From Minutocellus sp. GHC0000111 (Eukaryota), in NCBI GenBank assembly GCA_977018835.1, contig OZ361257.1:1674001-1738000 (forward strand): 64,000 bases of DNA, written 5' to 3'. Positions 22,633-34,305 of the stretch are shown here, piece after piece; position 1 is the first letter of the stretch; the number at the start of each line of letters is the position of its first letter. Made by a program: the position numbers and the translations under genes. The notes beneath the pieces were generated by a model. The model had not been told where the DNA came from. It searched no databases and saw only the letters and a list, made by a program, of their open reading frames with translations.

Positions 22633-23781
22633 TTAAGTCGAATTTTCAAGCTTTGTCGAAAGGTAGGCGAAGTAAATTTCATCTGCCCATGCATTTACCG
22701 GTCCCCAATCTCCTTTTGAGGCAAGCTTATTGGTGGAATTTGCTTCTTCCAGGGCGGCCAAATCCATTTCAATCATATCAGACACCTCCTCCAGGGTGTA
22801 CTTACCTTGTCGAATGTCTAGAAGGAGCGATGCTTCTGGTCGTGGGAGCGTAATGTTGCCTGAGAGCAGAAATTCAGTACCCTCTCGAGCAACTCGAACA
22901 GCATGGTAGAGCGCTTTGAGGGTCCTCTCGGCATCGTTCTTGTTCGCTTCTATCATTTGGGCTTTAGATTTCTTCAGTGCACGACGAATGGCCTTCTCGA
23001 GGGCGTAACTGATGGAGACAGAGAATGGAATGATCTTTTCACACACCTTCAAGCCAAGCATTTGTGGCTGGCCATTTCCTGATTGTTTCATCTCCACGAT
23101 TTCGCACATCTTCCAGGATTGCATCGATGCCATGGCAGGGATCTCAATGACACGCGAGGATTCTGCAAGGTCATTTAGGGCAGAAACAAATGCCTTCTCC
23201 ACTCTCTCGAAAGCAAGCAGTCGCTGTTCCTTCGCAGAAAATTTGTATGCCATGCTCTTTGCGTGGCCCTGAAATGTTTTTGCAGCTTTACCAGTAAGAA
23301 GGTGTTGCTTGCAAATGCCCTTCAAATCTTCCCAGAGAGGGTCTTTGTCAATGATAAGATCATCGAGAGTGAACAATAGATCGAGTGCTACCGTATCACC
23401 CCTCTCCACCATCTGTAGATATCGCCGTAGCTCGAAACATTCCACATCGACATCTTTGTTGGTATTTTTAGCATCACCTCCAGTGGAGGTAAATTTCGCT
23501 TGAATTACACTGAGGCGAATGATGTCGTTGATAGAAGGTAAGAATACAATCTTATAGTCAGAGTCTGATGTAGGCAGATCCGTTCCATAGAGTTTACTTC
23601 CGGCTATCGCTTTCACAAGAATCTTCGACTCATCAAATTTATCCGAAGAAGAGACTTCCACGCCGCCTGATCTTTTGGCGTATGGATTTAATGGAGGCTT
23701 GATCGAAGATTTCGATGGTTGAAACGCTGATCGTGCTGGCAGCAACATCAAGAAGCAGAATCCTAAAACTGGTGATATCAT
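22633..23781 (-). CDS. DNA polymerase-beta superfamily nucleotidyltransferase (T4 NrdC.11/RlaP-like) with signal+transit-like presequence
   Basis: GSKLYGTDLPTSDSDYK (GS...DxD), KNTNKDVD, GDTVALDLLFT, KALYHAVR and LLDIRQGKY motifs. N-terminus MISPVLGFCFLMLLPARSA-FQP. Confidence 0.85.
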   Translation of the reverse strand: MISPVLGFCFLMLLPARSAFQPSKSSIKPPLNPYAKRSGGVEVSSSDKFDESKILVKAIAGSKLYGTDLPTSDSDYKIVFLPSINDIIRLSVIQAKFTSTGGDAKNTNKDVDVECFELRRYLQMVERGDTVALDLLFTLDDLIIDKDPLWEDLKGICKQHLLTGKAAKTFQGHAKSMAYKFSAKEQRLLAFERVEKAFVSALNDLAESSRVIEIPAMASMQSWKMCEIVEMKQSGNGQPQMLGLKVCEKIIPFSVSISYALEKAIRRALKKSKAQMIEANKNDAERTLKALYHAVRVAREGTEFLLSGNITLPRPEASLLLDIRQGKYTLEEVSDMIEMDLAALEEANSTNKLASKGDWGPVNAWADEIYFAYLSTKLENST

Positions 23782-23981
23782 TTTATCAGAGGAGTTAATC
23801 TCTGCAGCTTTCGACTTGTATTTTGAGAGGTGGAAGTGACTGGTATTGACCGTAACGTGGAAGTGAGGAAACGGCAGTCAAAATCCTCGGAAGGAGGGGT
23901 ACGATCGTAAGCTACCTAGGGTCGCATGTCGTGTGCAAATAAATGTAAGTTATTATTATGTGAAAATACGCCGATGCAGAA

Positions 23982-25771
23982 TTACATGAGCATGACATCA
24001 ATTTTGCCGTCTTTTGAATACTGCCTCTCAGTGTAGACTTCCTTTTCCCAAGTGCACCTCTCTTCGTCGCACGTGGCATACAATTCGAGAGGCATCCTGG
24101 CTTCTTCATAACGTTGCAATATGCTCTGGACGGTTTCGCCCTCTTCAGCTCGATAGCTTTCCATGGCCAATTTTATTTCATCTCGGACATCCTTTTGGTA
24201 GAGCTGCTTCCGGTATTCTTCGGTTGCCATTTCCAGTACGTATTCGGTAGCGGCGTCAGATATCTCTCTGGCCTTGTCGGGATTGGCCTCTGCCCATTCA
24301 AATTGTTCTTGGAGATCTGAACAGTCCATTTTGACGGGGATGTAGTGAACGTATGGTTTGATTCCATTGTGCACGGGGCTGTCTTTCATTATTGTTTCGT
24401 GGTGGAAGAGTACTCCTGGCATAGCCAGCGAACGAATCGTTCGTTCCCAAGTAGTGCCGCCCCCACCGCCGAAATCTATCAAATACTTGTAGTTCATCTG
24501 ATCTTCCTCGCGCATGTACTCGGTAGTCATCAGGTCGTTGCCAGCATCCATGAAATCATACAATGGTTTGTTGAACTTTCGAAGGTGGTCTGGAAGGTCT
24601 TCGTCGACATAAAATTTGGCGTCAATCCACGGCAAGGAATTGGTTTCCTGGGCCTCGAGGCTCGCCTTGAGGGAGAGGGCGATTCCTCGCCACCGAGGAG
24701 TCAAGATATCAAAGTGATCGAGAAGAAAGTCCGCCATCTGCTCCTTGCTCAACTTAGATGGATCTACCTTGAGATCCTTTCCACTTTTCAAGTTGAGATT
24801 AAATGCATGCAGAAAGGCTGAGCAACAGAAAGAGAAAGGGGTTGCAAATAGATGAAAGTGAGTGATACAGTAGAATGGTGGATGTTGCAGAACGATGGAA
24901 AAATCCAAAGTACTGAGAGAAGGTCTATTCTTTTTCGAACATTTCTCAGAAGTTTGCGTCAACGATAGGCGCAACTTAGATGCTCACCATAATCTGTGCC
25001 TCTCCAAAGAATCTGCGGTATCAGGTCATCCCATTCCGGCACATCATCTCCCTCGGGTATTTCCGCGATTTGGCACTGATTGCCGTCCATCATGCATCGG
25101 ATATAAGTGATGAGCGGCATTCCCTTGACCGTTGGCAGCAAACTCGGATTTCTCGGCACGCTGCCAAAGTGAAAGACGGGTGCGAATTCCTCCGGCTTGC
25201 ATGTCCGGGGCTTGTGCCGACATGTCTTGACGTCAGGATAGTCCAGGGTCGAAAACAGAATCTGAAATGGGGTGGTAATTTTTGATAATTCTTCCGTTAA
25301 ACCCTGAAATATGGTTCGGCTGAGAAGATATTGCGGCCAGTACCGCCTCCAATTCTCGTGATCGATGTTGCCAATGTAGGTCTTGAGCTTTCTGTCGGTA
25401 GGATGGTAAATCATGACGGCATTCGGCTTCCAGAAGTTGCGTTGGGTGTGGATGCAGTCGTCCAGATTGAACGTCGTTTTGGCAGGCGTCGTCGGGAGGA
25501 GAGCAACGGAAGTTGATAATGAAGTCGCCTCGTCAAGAGACAACTTTCGAGATGTTGCGGATCGGAGGGAGATTGGAGACGATGAACGCACATCATCCGA
25601 TAGAATGGCTGCTGCACCGGCAAGGCAAAGGACGGCACAGGTTGTCCCACCGATCGATCGTTTTCGCCTTCGACGAGTTGCGGCTGCATTTCGATCCTGT
25701 GCCGAGATAGACGCCATGTTCTCATGCGTCGCAAACGGCCGAGATCCGTTTGATGCTTTGCGCTTTGGCAT
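23982..25771 (-). CDS. Glycosyltransferase family 90 (CAP10/KDELC-like), type II membrane protein, 2 exons
   Basis: Intron 24818-24987 (GTGAGC...CTCAG) gives LWRGTDY-A-FL. YKYLIDFGGGGGTTW, PYVHYIPVKMDCSDL and WAEANPDKAREI motifs. Single N-terminal TM segment. Confidence 0.88.
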
Positions 25772-26031
25772 AATTCGTTTCGATATGTAAGTAATTTGAG
25801 GAATGGTATGGCAGGCAATGGAATTGTAAGAGAGAGACTTGAGCAAGGCGACGTCCAGTGTCCAGCTTTTGAATAGCCCTGCGACCCGTACGTATTTCGT
25901 ACGCAGAAGGGGTCATCCCAGGAAAAGTGCACTCGCCTCAGCTTGTTTTCTTTTGCTTGTGCTCTCCCGCAACCCACCAGTGAGACAAGAAAACATTGCG
26001 CACCACCGAAGCCGGTAGCAACGCCGCTGGA

Positions 26032-27243
26032 ATGCCATGGCCCAAGCGTCTACGGACGGAGATATCGTGGTCCTATCCGCTTCACAGCCTTGACGAGCCC
26101 AATGGCCAACCAACCATGCAGCGCATGCTCGGAGAAAATGATCAGTCGGCATTAGCCAATGTTGCCTCGGCTACAAGACCAACTCAACGGCACCCATCTA
26201 ACATTGTTGACATTCGCAAGTGCATGGCGCCATATCACCCCATAATTCCGCACACGTTTATCCCGGCATCATACATCTCGCTGCTCCCAAAATTTCTGCA
26301 AGGATTGCTTTATCCGATAAACAATGGCACATTTTACGTTCGAACTTTTTTCCTTGCCATCTCGACGCACGTGCTCTACTTCGACGTCACGCATTATCCA
26401 CCGCACAATCTGTGGGTGTACATGTTCTACCTGACACACTGGGGCCACTGCATCAATATTTGGTATCTATTCTGTAGCTGGGTGTGTTGTTTGGGCTATG
26501 CACAACATTGCGATGATGCACTTGAAGAGAAAGAAACGTCTTCGCCGTACAACGACCGTGCCAAAAAGCTGCCCCGAATGATCAAGCATACTTGGTCCTT
26601 GTACGCAACAGCTGCCCCACTATCTTTGGCCATGACACTGCTGTACTGGACTGCGATAGCACCCGTTGCATATGGCCCAGAGACCTTCGGGTACGTTTCT
26701 ATGATGGAACATGGCGGTGTTGGTTTACTGGTCCTTTTCGACGGTTTGTGTATTGGCTCCGTACCGCTCCGAGCCAAACAGTTCATCTATCTGTTAAGTG
26801 TGTGTGTCACCTACCTTTTCTGGAGTATGGTGAATTTCGGTTTAAAGCTTGGCAATGGCGATTGGCCGGACTATGATGACGATGCGCTATATCCCGTGTT
26901 GCATTGGGGAATGGAATCGAGGAGAATATCGGCAATGATATCAGGGTTTGTGATTGTGATGATATGCCCAGTTTTGTATTGGATCATATGGATGTCAAGT
27001 CTCGCTTCACTAGAAGAAAAGTATCAACGTCACAATGGAGATACCGAAGCAGACACAGGGCCCCCTGCTATAAGAAGCTGCTGCTGCCTAAGTTGTTGTT
27101 GCAGTTGTTCAAATAAGCAGATTATGTTTGAAGGGAGAAATCGACCGTTGCTGCAAGTCGAGCCTGCCATCAGTGTGCATTACCAAGAGATGGAGACAAT
27201 GAGCAATGACACGAGCGAGTTTCCTGCAGGCCGATTGGCGTAG
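26032..27243 (+). CDS. Multi-pass membrane protein, Rolling stone/FAR-17a-AIG1-like
   Basis: YLTHW, LLYWT, EHGG and LYPVLHW motifs with about 6 hydrophobic segments. Confidence 0.7.
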   Translation: MPWPKRLRTEISWSYPLHSLDEPNGQPTMQRMLGENDQSALANVASATRPTQRHPSNIVDIRKCMAPYHPIIPHTFIPASYISLLPKFLQGLLYPINNGTFYVRTFFLAISTHVLYFDVTHYPPHNLWVYMFYLTHWGHCINIWYLFCSWVCCLGYAQHCDDALEEKETSSPYNDRAKKLPRMIKHTWSLYATAAPLSLAMTLLYWTAIAPVAYGPETFGYVSMMEHGGVGLLVLFDGLCIGSVPLRAKQFIYLLSVCVTYLFWSMVNFGLKLGNGDWPDYDDDALYPVLHWGMESRRISAMISGFVIVMICPVLYWIIWMSSLASLEEKYQRHNGDTEADTGPPAIRSCCCLSCCCSCSNKQIMFEGRNRPLLQVEPAISVHYQEMETMSNDTSEFPAGRLA

Positions 27244-27289
27244 CTTCTCTAATCTAGATTTTCTTTGACGTTGCGCTTCTTTGTCTGAA

Positions 27290-27955
27290 TTACGGTAACT
27301 TGGGCATTATCGGCGGTCCTTTCTCGCCCTTCTCTTTCATGGCGCTCTCAATCAATTCTTCTAGCCAATCTTCTCTTGAGTCTTCCTCTAACGTCCCAAC
27401 GAATGGATATTTGTCATGAAGCTGAAAGAATGAAATTCACCGCTTTCCTTCGTTGATTTGTTTCTTCGCCAGTCCCTCGGTGCTTCGCACCAAACACTCT
27501 TCTTCCTTACACCCAGTCGACAGCGCTCGCGTTACATCTTTGCCCGCAAACATATGATAGCTGCCATCTTCTCCGTAAAATTTTGCTCCAGCGGATACAT
27601 CATAAATGCGCCCGAATATGCCCAGCAGGATTGGCTTGCCCTCCTCTCCGCTTCCGTACTCTGCAAGCTCCGATAACGTATAGGTTGTTTTCTCTCCTGC
27701 TTGCTTGTCGTCTTCATCAAAATCAATGTCTTCGAGAGGATCATCTCTTCGAAATAAAATGTCCCAGTTGGTTATGTTGGGATTGTATCCGACGACAGCA
27801 CCAGAGTTGGCAAGTCTGCGCTTTCGTGCCTTTATCCGCCCAAGGTCACGGAAGACGCCCATCAGTGTCGTGTTGATTGCATTTTTGACTGGTGGGAGAA
27901 GGATGAAGATGACGACTGATATGAGCGGGGCAACGAAGTGTACCAGCCACTTCAT
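27290..27955 (-). CDS. Membrane-anchored cytochrome b5-like heme/steroid-binding (MAPR) protein with an internal TGA
   Basis: TM N-terminus, YTLSELAEY, GRIYDVSAG..FYG..GSY..FAGKDVTRAL. The frame continues past the TGA at 27437-27439 as ISFFQLHDKYPFVGTL to TAA at 27290. Confidence 0.85.
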
Positions 27956-28631
27956 CTTGGGGATATAGCAGACGTGAAGGTCGAGGAGACTTTGTGCCTT
28001 TGATGTTATGAATGACCGGCGTCTTCCTGCTTTGAACCTGCTGACTTTTTGCGCGCGGTGGTGCCGTCGTACTGTTGAAATCTGGTGATCCGGTGCGCGA
28101 TCACCGAGTTCGTAAAATGGGGAATAATTTTCATTTTCAGTACTGGTCGAGATGTGTCGAGAGTAAGCGGCCCAGCCATGTTTTGCTCTCCATTGGGAGA
28201 AAGGGCCAGAGGAATGCATGCCGAAAATAGATTTCCTGGTTTGTACCGCCCTGGCTAGTTCAACCAATGTGTAATAGAATTTATATTTGATCTGCGGTTA
28301 TCTTGTATTTGATTACGGTCTTCTTTTTATTCATTCAAGGCTTGAATGATCTTGAGTGGTTTTGTGTGTTTGGTTGATTGACGAATGAAGAGTTCGGGTG
28401 CTGTTCGTCAAGTCCATGGAATCGCACAAAAAAGTCTCTAAAAAAGCATATCCTTTGAGAGGATAATAATATGCTCTGTTGAAATATGCGTATCGCCTAT
28501 CGTCTGACCTCCGGTAGATCTACATGCCCAATACCAGCTCTTCCACAACTAGCTTGTGCCTTGTGCCTGCTTTTTGCTCTCCTGCTCTCTTTTCTCTACA
28601 AATAAATCGATAAGCACTGCAGCTCTCCAGA

Positions 28632-29261
28632 CTACCTCTTCGCCGACACAGAGGGACCGGCAAGTCCTGATTTCTTGGCCACATCCAACGTCTCCTCCTT
28701 GAACTTGATTCCCACCTTGATCCATTCCAAAAATACCACAGCTTCCTCGGGCGTGGTGCCAAAGTTTTCGGCAAAGTCGTTGGGCGACACACCGCCCTCG
28801 TTTCCACGCATGGTCAGCAGGTCGGATATCTCATCGGCCTTTTTATCAAGACCGTACTTGAGACGGATCCGATCAAACTCAGCCTTGTGAATGGTGTGGG
28901 AATCGGCCCGTTCCTTGTCTTCCTTGATGGCCTTGCAGGCCTTCTTGTGGCGCTTCCAGTCCTATTTTGTGAGAAAAGAGAAATGAATGTAGGTGTGCCA
29001 AGCTTTTCATAAGAGGACGCAGAATGCCGCTATTGGATGCACTCATGAACATGAAACATCATCCCACTAAAGCAACAACGACGAATACGATTCGTTCTTT
29101 TGAGATGTCACGTCGATTTCTATCGATGTCTGCCATTGCTGATTACAGCACAACGTACTCACCTTCACCTGACATTCCCGTCCGCAGTAGGCAATGGATT
29201 GGCAATCCTTGCACCTTTTCGCGCTCGGCGCGGAGCAGAGGGCACACTTGAGACTTGACAT
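28632..29261 (-). CDS. zf-MYND domain protein, 2 exons (29261-29163, 28961-28632)
   Basis: CALC...RCKDC...YCGRECQVK, intron GTGAGT...AAATAG at 28962-29162, then DWKRHKKAC. The gene is only partly visible in the ORF track. Confidence 0.9.
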
Positions 29262-29587
29262 GTCGATCGCTTCTTTGGGGGTGAAAATGGGCGGCTGAAA
29301 TTCATTCATCGAACTGACTGATTGGCTCGATAGCAGTCGGCATTTATTCAATTCTATAGCAGTCGCGATTTGGATGGATTTCTACATTACATACTTTGGG
29401 GGTCACAGAATAGAGGGCCATTTTGTTGGCCATGGGAATCTTTCGTACTGCTTGATCGTAGCATATTTTCTGACCAAAAGCCCCAGCAATGCTTCCACCT
29501 CGAAGTGCAAAACGTAAGCGCCGCATAAGCAACAGGCCAGGGACGCCCGTCGCTGATGCCATCGGTGGCGCATCTCACAATTTCGCA

Positions 29588-30433
29588 ATGTCATTGCCAA
29601 GCAACAGATCTGCCAAAGTAGCCGCCTCCGTCGTTCTCTTTTGCGCTGCTCTTCTCTGCATGACTGAGTTCGATTCCACTAATACCAATCTTCGTGGCAT
29701 TGAATCAGTCGATAGAAGAGCAGGCATCAACTCAGTTCGCCGAGCTCTTGCCGAGAAGGAAGAAGGAAGTTCCACGGACGAAACAGAAGAAGACAAATCA
29801 AAAGATGACGAGAAAGAGGATGATGACGATGGTTTCGACGACGACGAGGTTGGAGATGATGACTACGTCGAAGAGAAGCTGGAGCACGAAGAACTGTTCA
29901 AGAAGATAGTAGATCATCTCTACGCGGCCTACACCTCGGGGACCAGTCCGGGCTATCTGGAAACATATGCCGAGCACGGGTGGGGATTTGCTGGCATCGA
30001 GAATATCGACAACAGTTGGGGTCTGCGCGATCAGGTCAAGACGATTGCCTATCCCGAAAAATTCAGCTGCGCAATTGTCGACGAGGAAACGGACAAGCCA
30101 AAGATCAAGCTGACAGAAGAGGAAGAAGAGGAGGAGAAGCGATGTTTCGTCTGTCTCATGCCGCTGCTGGATGTTATCGATGACGTCGTTGCAATCCCGG
30201 ACATGATGTTCCGGTACAAGCAGAGCATCATGGACCGGTTCAATCAGCTGCACAGCGCCGTAAAGAAGAAGTTGGACGAAGACGAACGGAAGGAGGCGAT
30301 ACGCAAAGCAAACGAGGCGAGGGAAAAGGCCAAGCAACAACAGCAGCAAGAGATGGCACAGGTGAAGGGGAGCATGAGCCCAGTGGTATCGTCTGATGCC
30401 AGCGATGGTGAGGCGGTAGCAGCAGAGGCTTAA
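29588..30433 (+). CDS. Unknown signal-anchored acidic protein (paralog A)
   Basis: Hydrophobic N-terminus, NLRG...RRAL motif and acidic linker. Its C-terminal domain is shared with 31207-32220. Confidence 0.75.
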   Translation: MSLPSNRSAKVAASVVLFCAALLCMTEFDSTNTNLRGIESVDRRAGINSVRRALAEKEEGSSTDETEEDKSKDDEKEDDDDGFDDDEVGDDDYVEEKLEHEELFKKIVDHLYAAYTSGTSPGYLETYAEHGWGFAGIENIDNSWGLRDQVKTIAYPEKFSCAIVDEETDKPKIKLTEEEEEEEKRCFVCLMPLLDVIDDVVAIPDMMFRYKQSIMDRFNQLHSAVKKKLDEDERKEAIRKANEAREKAKQQQQQEMAQVKGSMSPVVSSDASDGEAVAAEA

Positions 30434-30992
30434 CAGTAGCCATTCTCGTTTCGATACCTATTGCAAAGCAGGCGATGCCATACATACCGTACATGCATAT
30501 TAGATCTAGAGTAGATGGCAATTTAAGATACTCATCAATTTAACATACTGCTTATTGCTTAGGCATCCTCCCATAGTAACTACTAGTAACAAGTAATAGG
30601 GACATTGGTCACTATGAATAAGGGCGCTGGTGTCATGTTAGCGGTTTTACTAGCAGTATCTTAATAAAATTTGCCACTCATCGATGATCGTGGCAGATTT
30701 GAGCTCCAGACAAAATCCCCGATATCTCATGGTAGGCATCGAATAATTTTACCGTACCAGACAATTTTTCCTCGAATCAGTATTTCCTCAGCTGTCCAAA
30801 AATGCACAGAAAGTGTTCACACTATGAACGGATCAAAAAAATAATTCAGATTTCAATCTGCAGTATCTTAAATGGCCATTTACTCTACCTGTATTATCAC
30901 AGCTGTTGGGCAGCAAAAATTGAGGTCGCCAGGCTGTTGTAGAAAAAATGTCGTCTGGCCTTCGCCGCGCTCGGGAGTCCGGGAGTGGGGCC

Positions 30993-31036
30993 TCGAGTCG
31001 AGTCAGTCGAGTCGAGTCGAGTCAGTCGAGTCGAGT
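30993..31036. repeat. (TCGAG)n-like microsatellite
   Basis: TCGAGTCGAGTCAGTCGAGTCGAGTCGAGTCAGTCGAGTCGAGT. Shorter copies lie near 18855-18872 and 42002-42020. Confidence 0.85.
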
Positions 31037-31206
31037 GGAGCCCGGAAAAACTCCGTGGAATTCCTACCTACCTAGCTAGGTACATGTAAGTACAAAAATG
31101 ACTTTGATGAGATCGAGACTGGAATGAGACGATAACCGAATCCCAACCTATTGTTTATTGGTATGCAAGATAGGCCCGCTTAGGAACGCCTACGCTCTTC
31201 GCAGGT

Positions 31207-32220
31207 ATGAAACGAAGGCTTTTTCTGGATATCGGCGTTGATTCGATCAAAAGAAATTCAAGCTTGCCTGCCCTCGCCGCTTCTGCTGTCCTGCTTTTCA
31301 TTTCTGGCATTCTTGGTTTGCCGTTCGCCCCCGACAATGCAGCAGATGTGAATTCAACGCTCAGGAGATATCTTATGGATGAGCCTGATTTACTGACTGC
31401 CATTGGAAGAGATGAAGAAAAGATTAAACAAGTCGAATCTCTGCTTCGGAGGTTTGAGCTCGATACCGAAGACAACAATGCAGGAAAGGAGACACGAGAC
31501 GTACATGTAAAAGACTCTGTACAAAAAGCAGCACCAGTTCCAAAAGTTGACCTGGCGCTCGATGACCAGCGACAAACACTACAACTTAGGATTGGCAACT
31601 ACAGCTTTACCTATACATATAATTCTCGGATCGTTCAGGAGACGAGAAATCTATATTCCTCGGGAGATGATGATGTTTTTGATGTTGACGACGATGACAT
31701 CAAGGACGAAGATGTCGATGATGACGCGTTTATCATCGATGAAGACACTCTCGCCCACAACATATTGCTCAATATGGTTGTCGAGAAACTTTACATCTAT
31801 ACAAAGGCGGGAAATCCTCATTCGTATTTTTCAGTTTTCAATGAGATGGAATGGGAATTCGACGGCATGGAAAAACTGATGGAGCTGGACGACGGTGGTG
31901 ACTTGCTTCAACATGTCCTGACTCTTACGTATCCGGCAAAAATTACATGCGTTGAATTAGATGAGAATGGCAAACCTATCAGGGAAGAGCAATTGCCCCC
32001 TGGCTGGGCTCACCCGTGTTATGCTCGTCTTGTTCCACTTCTCGAGGTTATTGATGCCCCTTCTCCACTCCCGAACATGATGCATCGGCACAAGCGTGTA
32101 ATTATGGATAGGTTCAATACGGTGCACTCGGCCGTGAAACGAAAGATAGAAAAGGAAGAGAGGCTGAAAGCCATGCGGCTGGCAGAAGAAATGCGCGCAG
32201 ATAAACTGACTGAACAGTAG
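31207..32220 (+). CDS. Unknown signal-anchored acidic protein (paralog B)
   Basis: Shares YPxKxxC, C(F/Y)xxLxPLLxVID and MMxRxKxxIMDRFNxxHSAVK with paralog A. Confidence 0.75.
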   Translation: MKRRLFLDIGVDSIKRNSSLPALAASAVLLFISGILGLPFAPDNAADVNSTLRRYLMDEPDLLTAIGRDEEKIKQVESLLRRFELDTEDNNAGKETRDVHVKDSVQKAAPVPKVDLALDDQRQTLQLRIGNYSFTYTYNSRIVQETRNLYSSGDDDVFDVDDDDIKDEDVDDDAFIIDEDTLAHNILLNMVVEKLYIYTKAGNPHSYFSVFNEMEWEFDGMEKLMELDDGGDLLQHVLTLTYPAKITCVELDENGKPIREEQLPPGWAHPCYARLVPLLEVIDAPSPLPNMMHRHKRVIMDRFNTVHSAVKRKIEKEERLKAMRLAEEMRADKLTEQ

Positions 32221-32270
32221 TTCCTAGCTAATTCTATGCTAAATGAAAGTACCGCACGTCGATTGAAAAT

Positions 32271-34096
32271 CTATCCTACAATCGCAGTTACTACCCCAAG
32301 TACGCCGAAGGCTATACCAATCCACATCAGCCACATGACGTAATGAGTTTCCTTGAGCTGCTTCGTCGTAGCGTGAAATCCGAGACTGTGCATTGAATCC
32401 CGAAACATTAGAGACGGGAAAAAAAAACCACCGCAGTCCCAAATAAGGCACCGCCGACCGCGTTGACTGCGCCAAGATCCTTGAAATGCATCGCAAGCAT
32501 GGTGATAATTGCCAAGAGCAGTACTGTCAGCATGTTGAGATTGTTGGATGTTTGCTTTTCCAACGGCACATCGAGTAGGGCCAGAATGCCGTCTCTCGTC
32601 CCAATAAAAGGCAGGGGATATGTGAACACAAGAGATACACCGATACAGATTCTGCATACCGTGGCCAGTTCATCGTTGACGCTGTAGTTGTTCAGAATCA
32701 TCCCCGCGGCGTTCTTTCCAAAAGTAAGAAACCCAAACGAAGCCATGATAATGTAGAGCAGACCAGAAATCGCAAACGATGATGCCACCACGGTGCCAAA
32801 CCGCTGCATGGTATTGTCCTTCAGCTCAATATAGTATCGTGGGGCATTGTAATGTGCAAAGAATGCTTGATAGGCCATACAAACAATGATGAATACATTG
32901 GTACTGAAGGCTCCTGATGCTCCTAGCGAGCCAAACGATGGGGCCATTTCTTCAGGCAAATCGTTGACGTAACAACCGCCATCGGCGTAACTCCCATCGA
33001 AATATCGCCACATCATGGACCCGATCGTAAACAATATCCCTGCCATTCCGAGAAAGGAGAAGGGCGCTAGCACGGACAGCTTTTTGACGTTGCACAGCGG
33101 CCATAGTGCTACAACTGTAACCAACCACAAACATTGCGTCCTGGTCCATTCAATACCAGCGGTGGCCAAAAGAGACTTTGACGTGTCGGCAAGGATCATG
33201 CTGTAGGCGAGATTTCCCAGGGATGCCATGAGCGTAACAAACAATGCCACCAAAGCCACCCCATCTTCGCCCATCACCTCGGCCCACGCCTCGCTGTACG
33301 ATGCCGTTCCGGTAATGCGACATATCCGTCCCATCATTGCAAAGTAGTACGCAAATATTGCACCCATTACCGTTATAATGGCCATGGCCGGAATGAGCGC
33401 CGCTGGATGGTTACCAAATGCCGCCACGCCAGAGGGCAACCCTAGAGCACCAGCCCCCACCAAATTCTTCACCAGATTGAATATCTCATTGGTCATGGTC
33501 GCCGTCCCCTCGTTCTCCCGCACATCGCATGGTTTGCCTGGCAGGACAAAGGTTTCGTCCACAACCGAACGGAGCGACTCTCGGATGGATTCTCTCGAGC
33601 TCAAAAAGGATGAACGGATGCGCGACAGCCGTCCCTCGTGGGTGTGCCGGCGGTACCGTCGAAAGCTGTCGTTGTCGTCGTCCGCAAATGAGACCAAACT
33701 CTCGTCGTCATCGTCGGATCCGTCTTCTTCATAAGTGTTGGGTTTTCGTCGTGACGACGACCTTCGCCGCCGACTGCCGCCGTCGCCATCGGCCGAATGA
33801 TGGCGACCGAGCTGCTTGGCCTTTTGCAGCTGCTGTTTGAGGACGGCCTGCCGGTGGTCGGCGGCAGCCTGGTGCTGTTTGATAAGATGAAGATGCGAAA
33901 TCTTGGGCGTTGACATTTGGGATGAAACCTCGTCAGCAGCCGGAGGAGGCTGCTGCTGCTCTTCGCCGGCTACTCCTTGTGCAGTACCATGAGGGCCAAC
34001 TGGAGCAGCTGTTATCGAACCATAGCCATCGGGCTCCCCATCCTCGTCAACAAGCGGGTCGTGGTCGTTCTTTGGGCTGGAGGGAGTAGAACCCAT
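32271..34096 (-). CDS. Amino acid transporter (Aa_trans/SLC38-like); frameshift near C-terminus
   Basis: FNLVKNLVGAGALGLP, AFFAHYNAPRYY, GFLTFG and ILNNY motifs with about 11 TMs. One more T in the run at 32419-32427 restores VVFFFPSLMF and the last TM. Confidence 0.9.
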
Positions 34097-34305
34097 CGTT
34101 ATCGCTGCGCATACTGTTCTTCAAGATACGGGGCATAAAACTTGCTGTGCATTTCATGCCTTACGCACGACGGACAGAGCGCCAAAATCAGATTTTTGTC
34201 TGTCCGTCATCACTTTCACTTTCACACTTTGCTCTTTCCCGCCCATACTCGACCCATCGGCCATAGTCGACGCGTTCAAACGGATGAGCATGCAGGGTTG
34301 CAGGA

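Noticed and set aside
27422..27440. 19-nt GT...AG micro-intron removing the TGA, or selenocysteine at the TGA
   Set aside because: Splicing would shift the frame and destroy the conserved FF..KY..VG motif. The position corresponds to Trp, not Cys, and I saw no evident SECIS.
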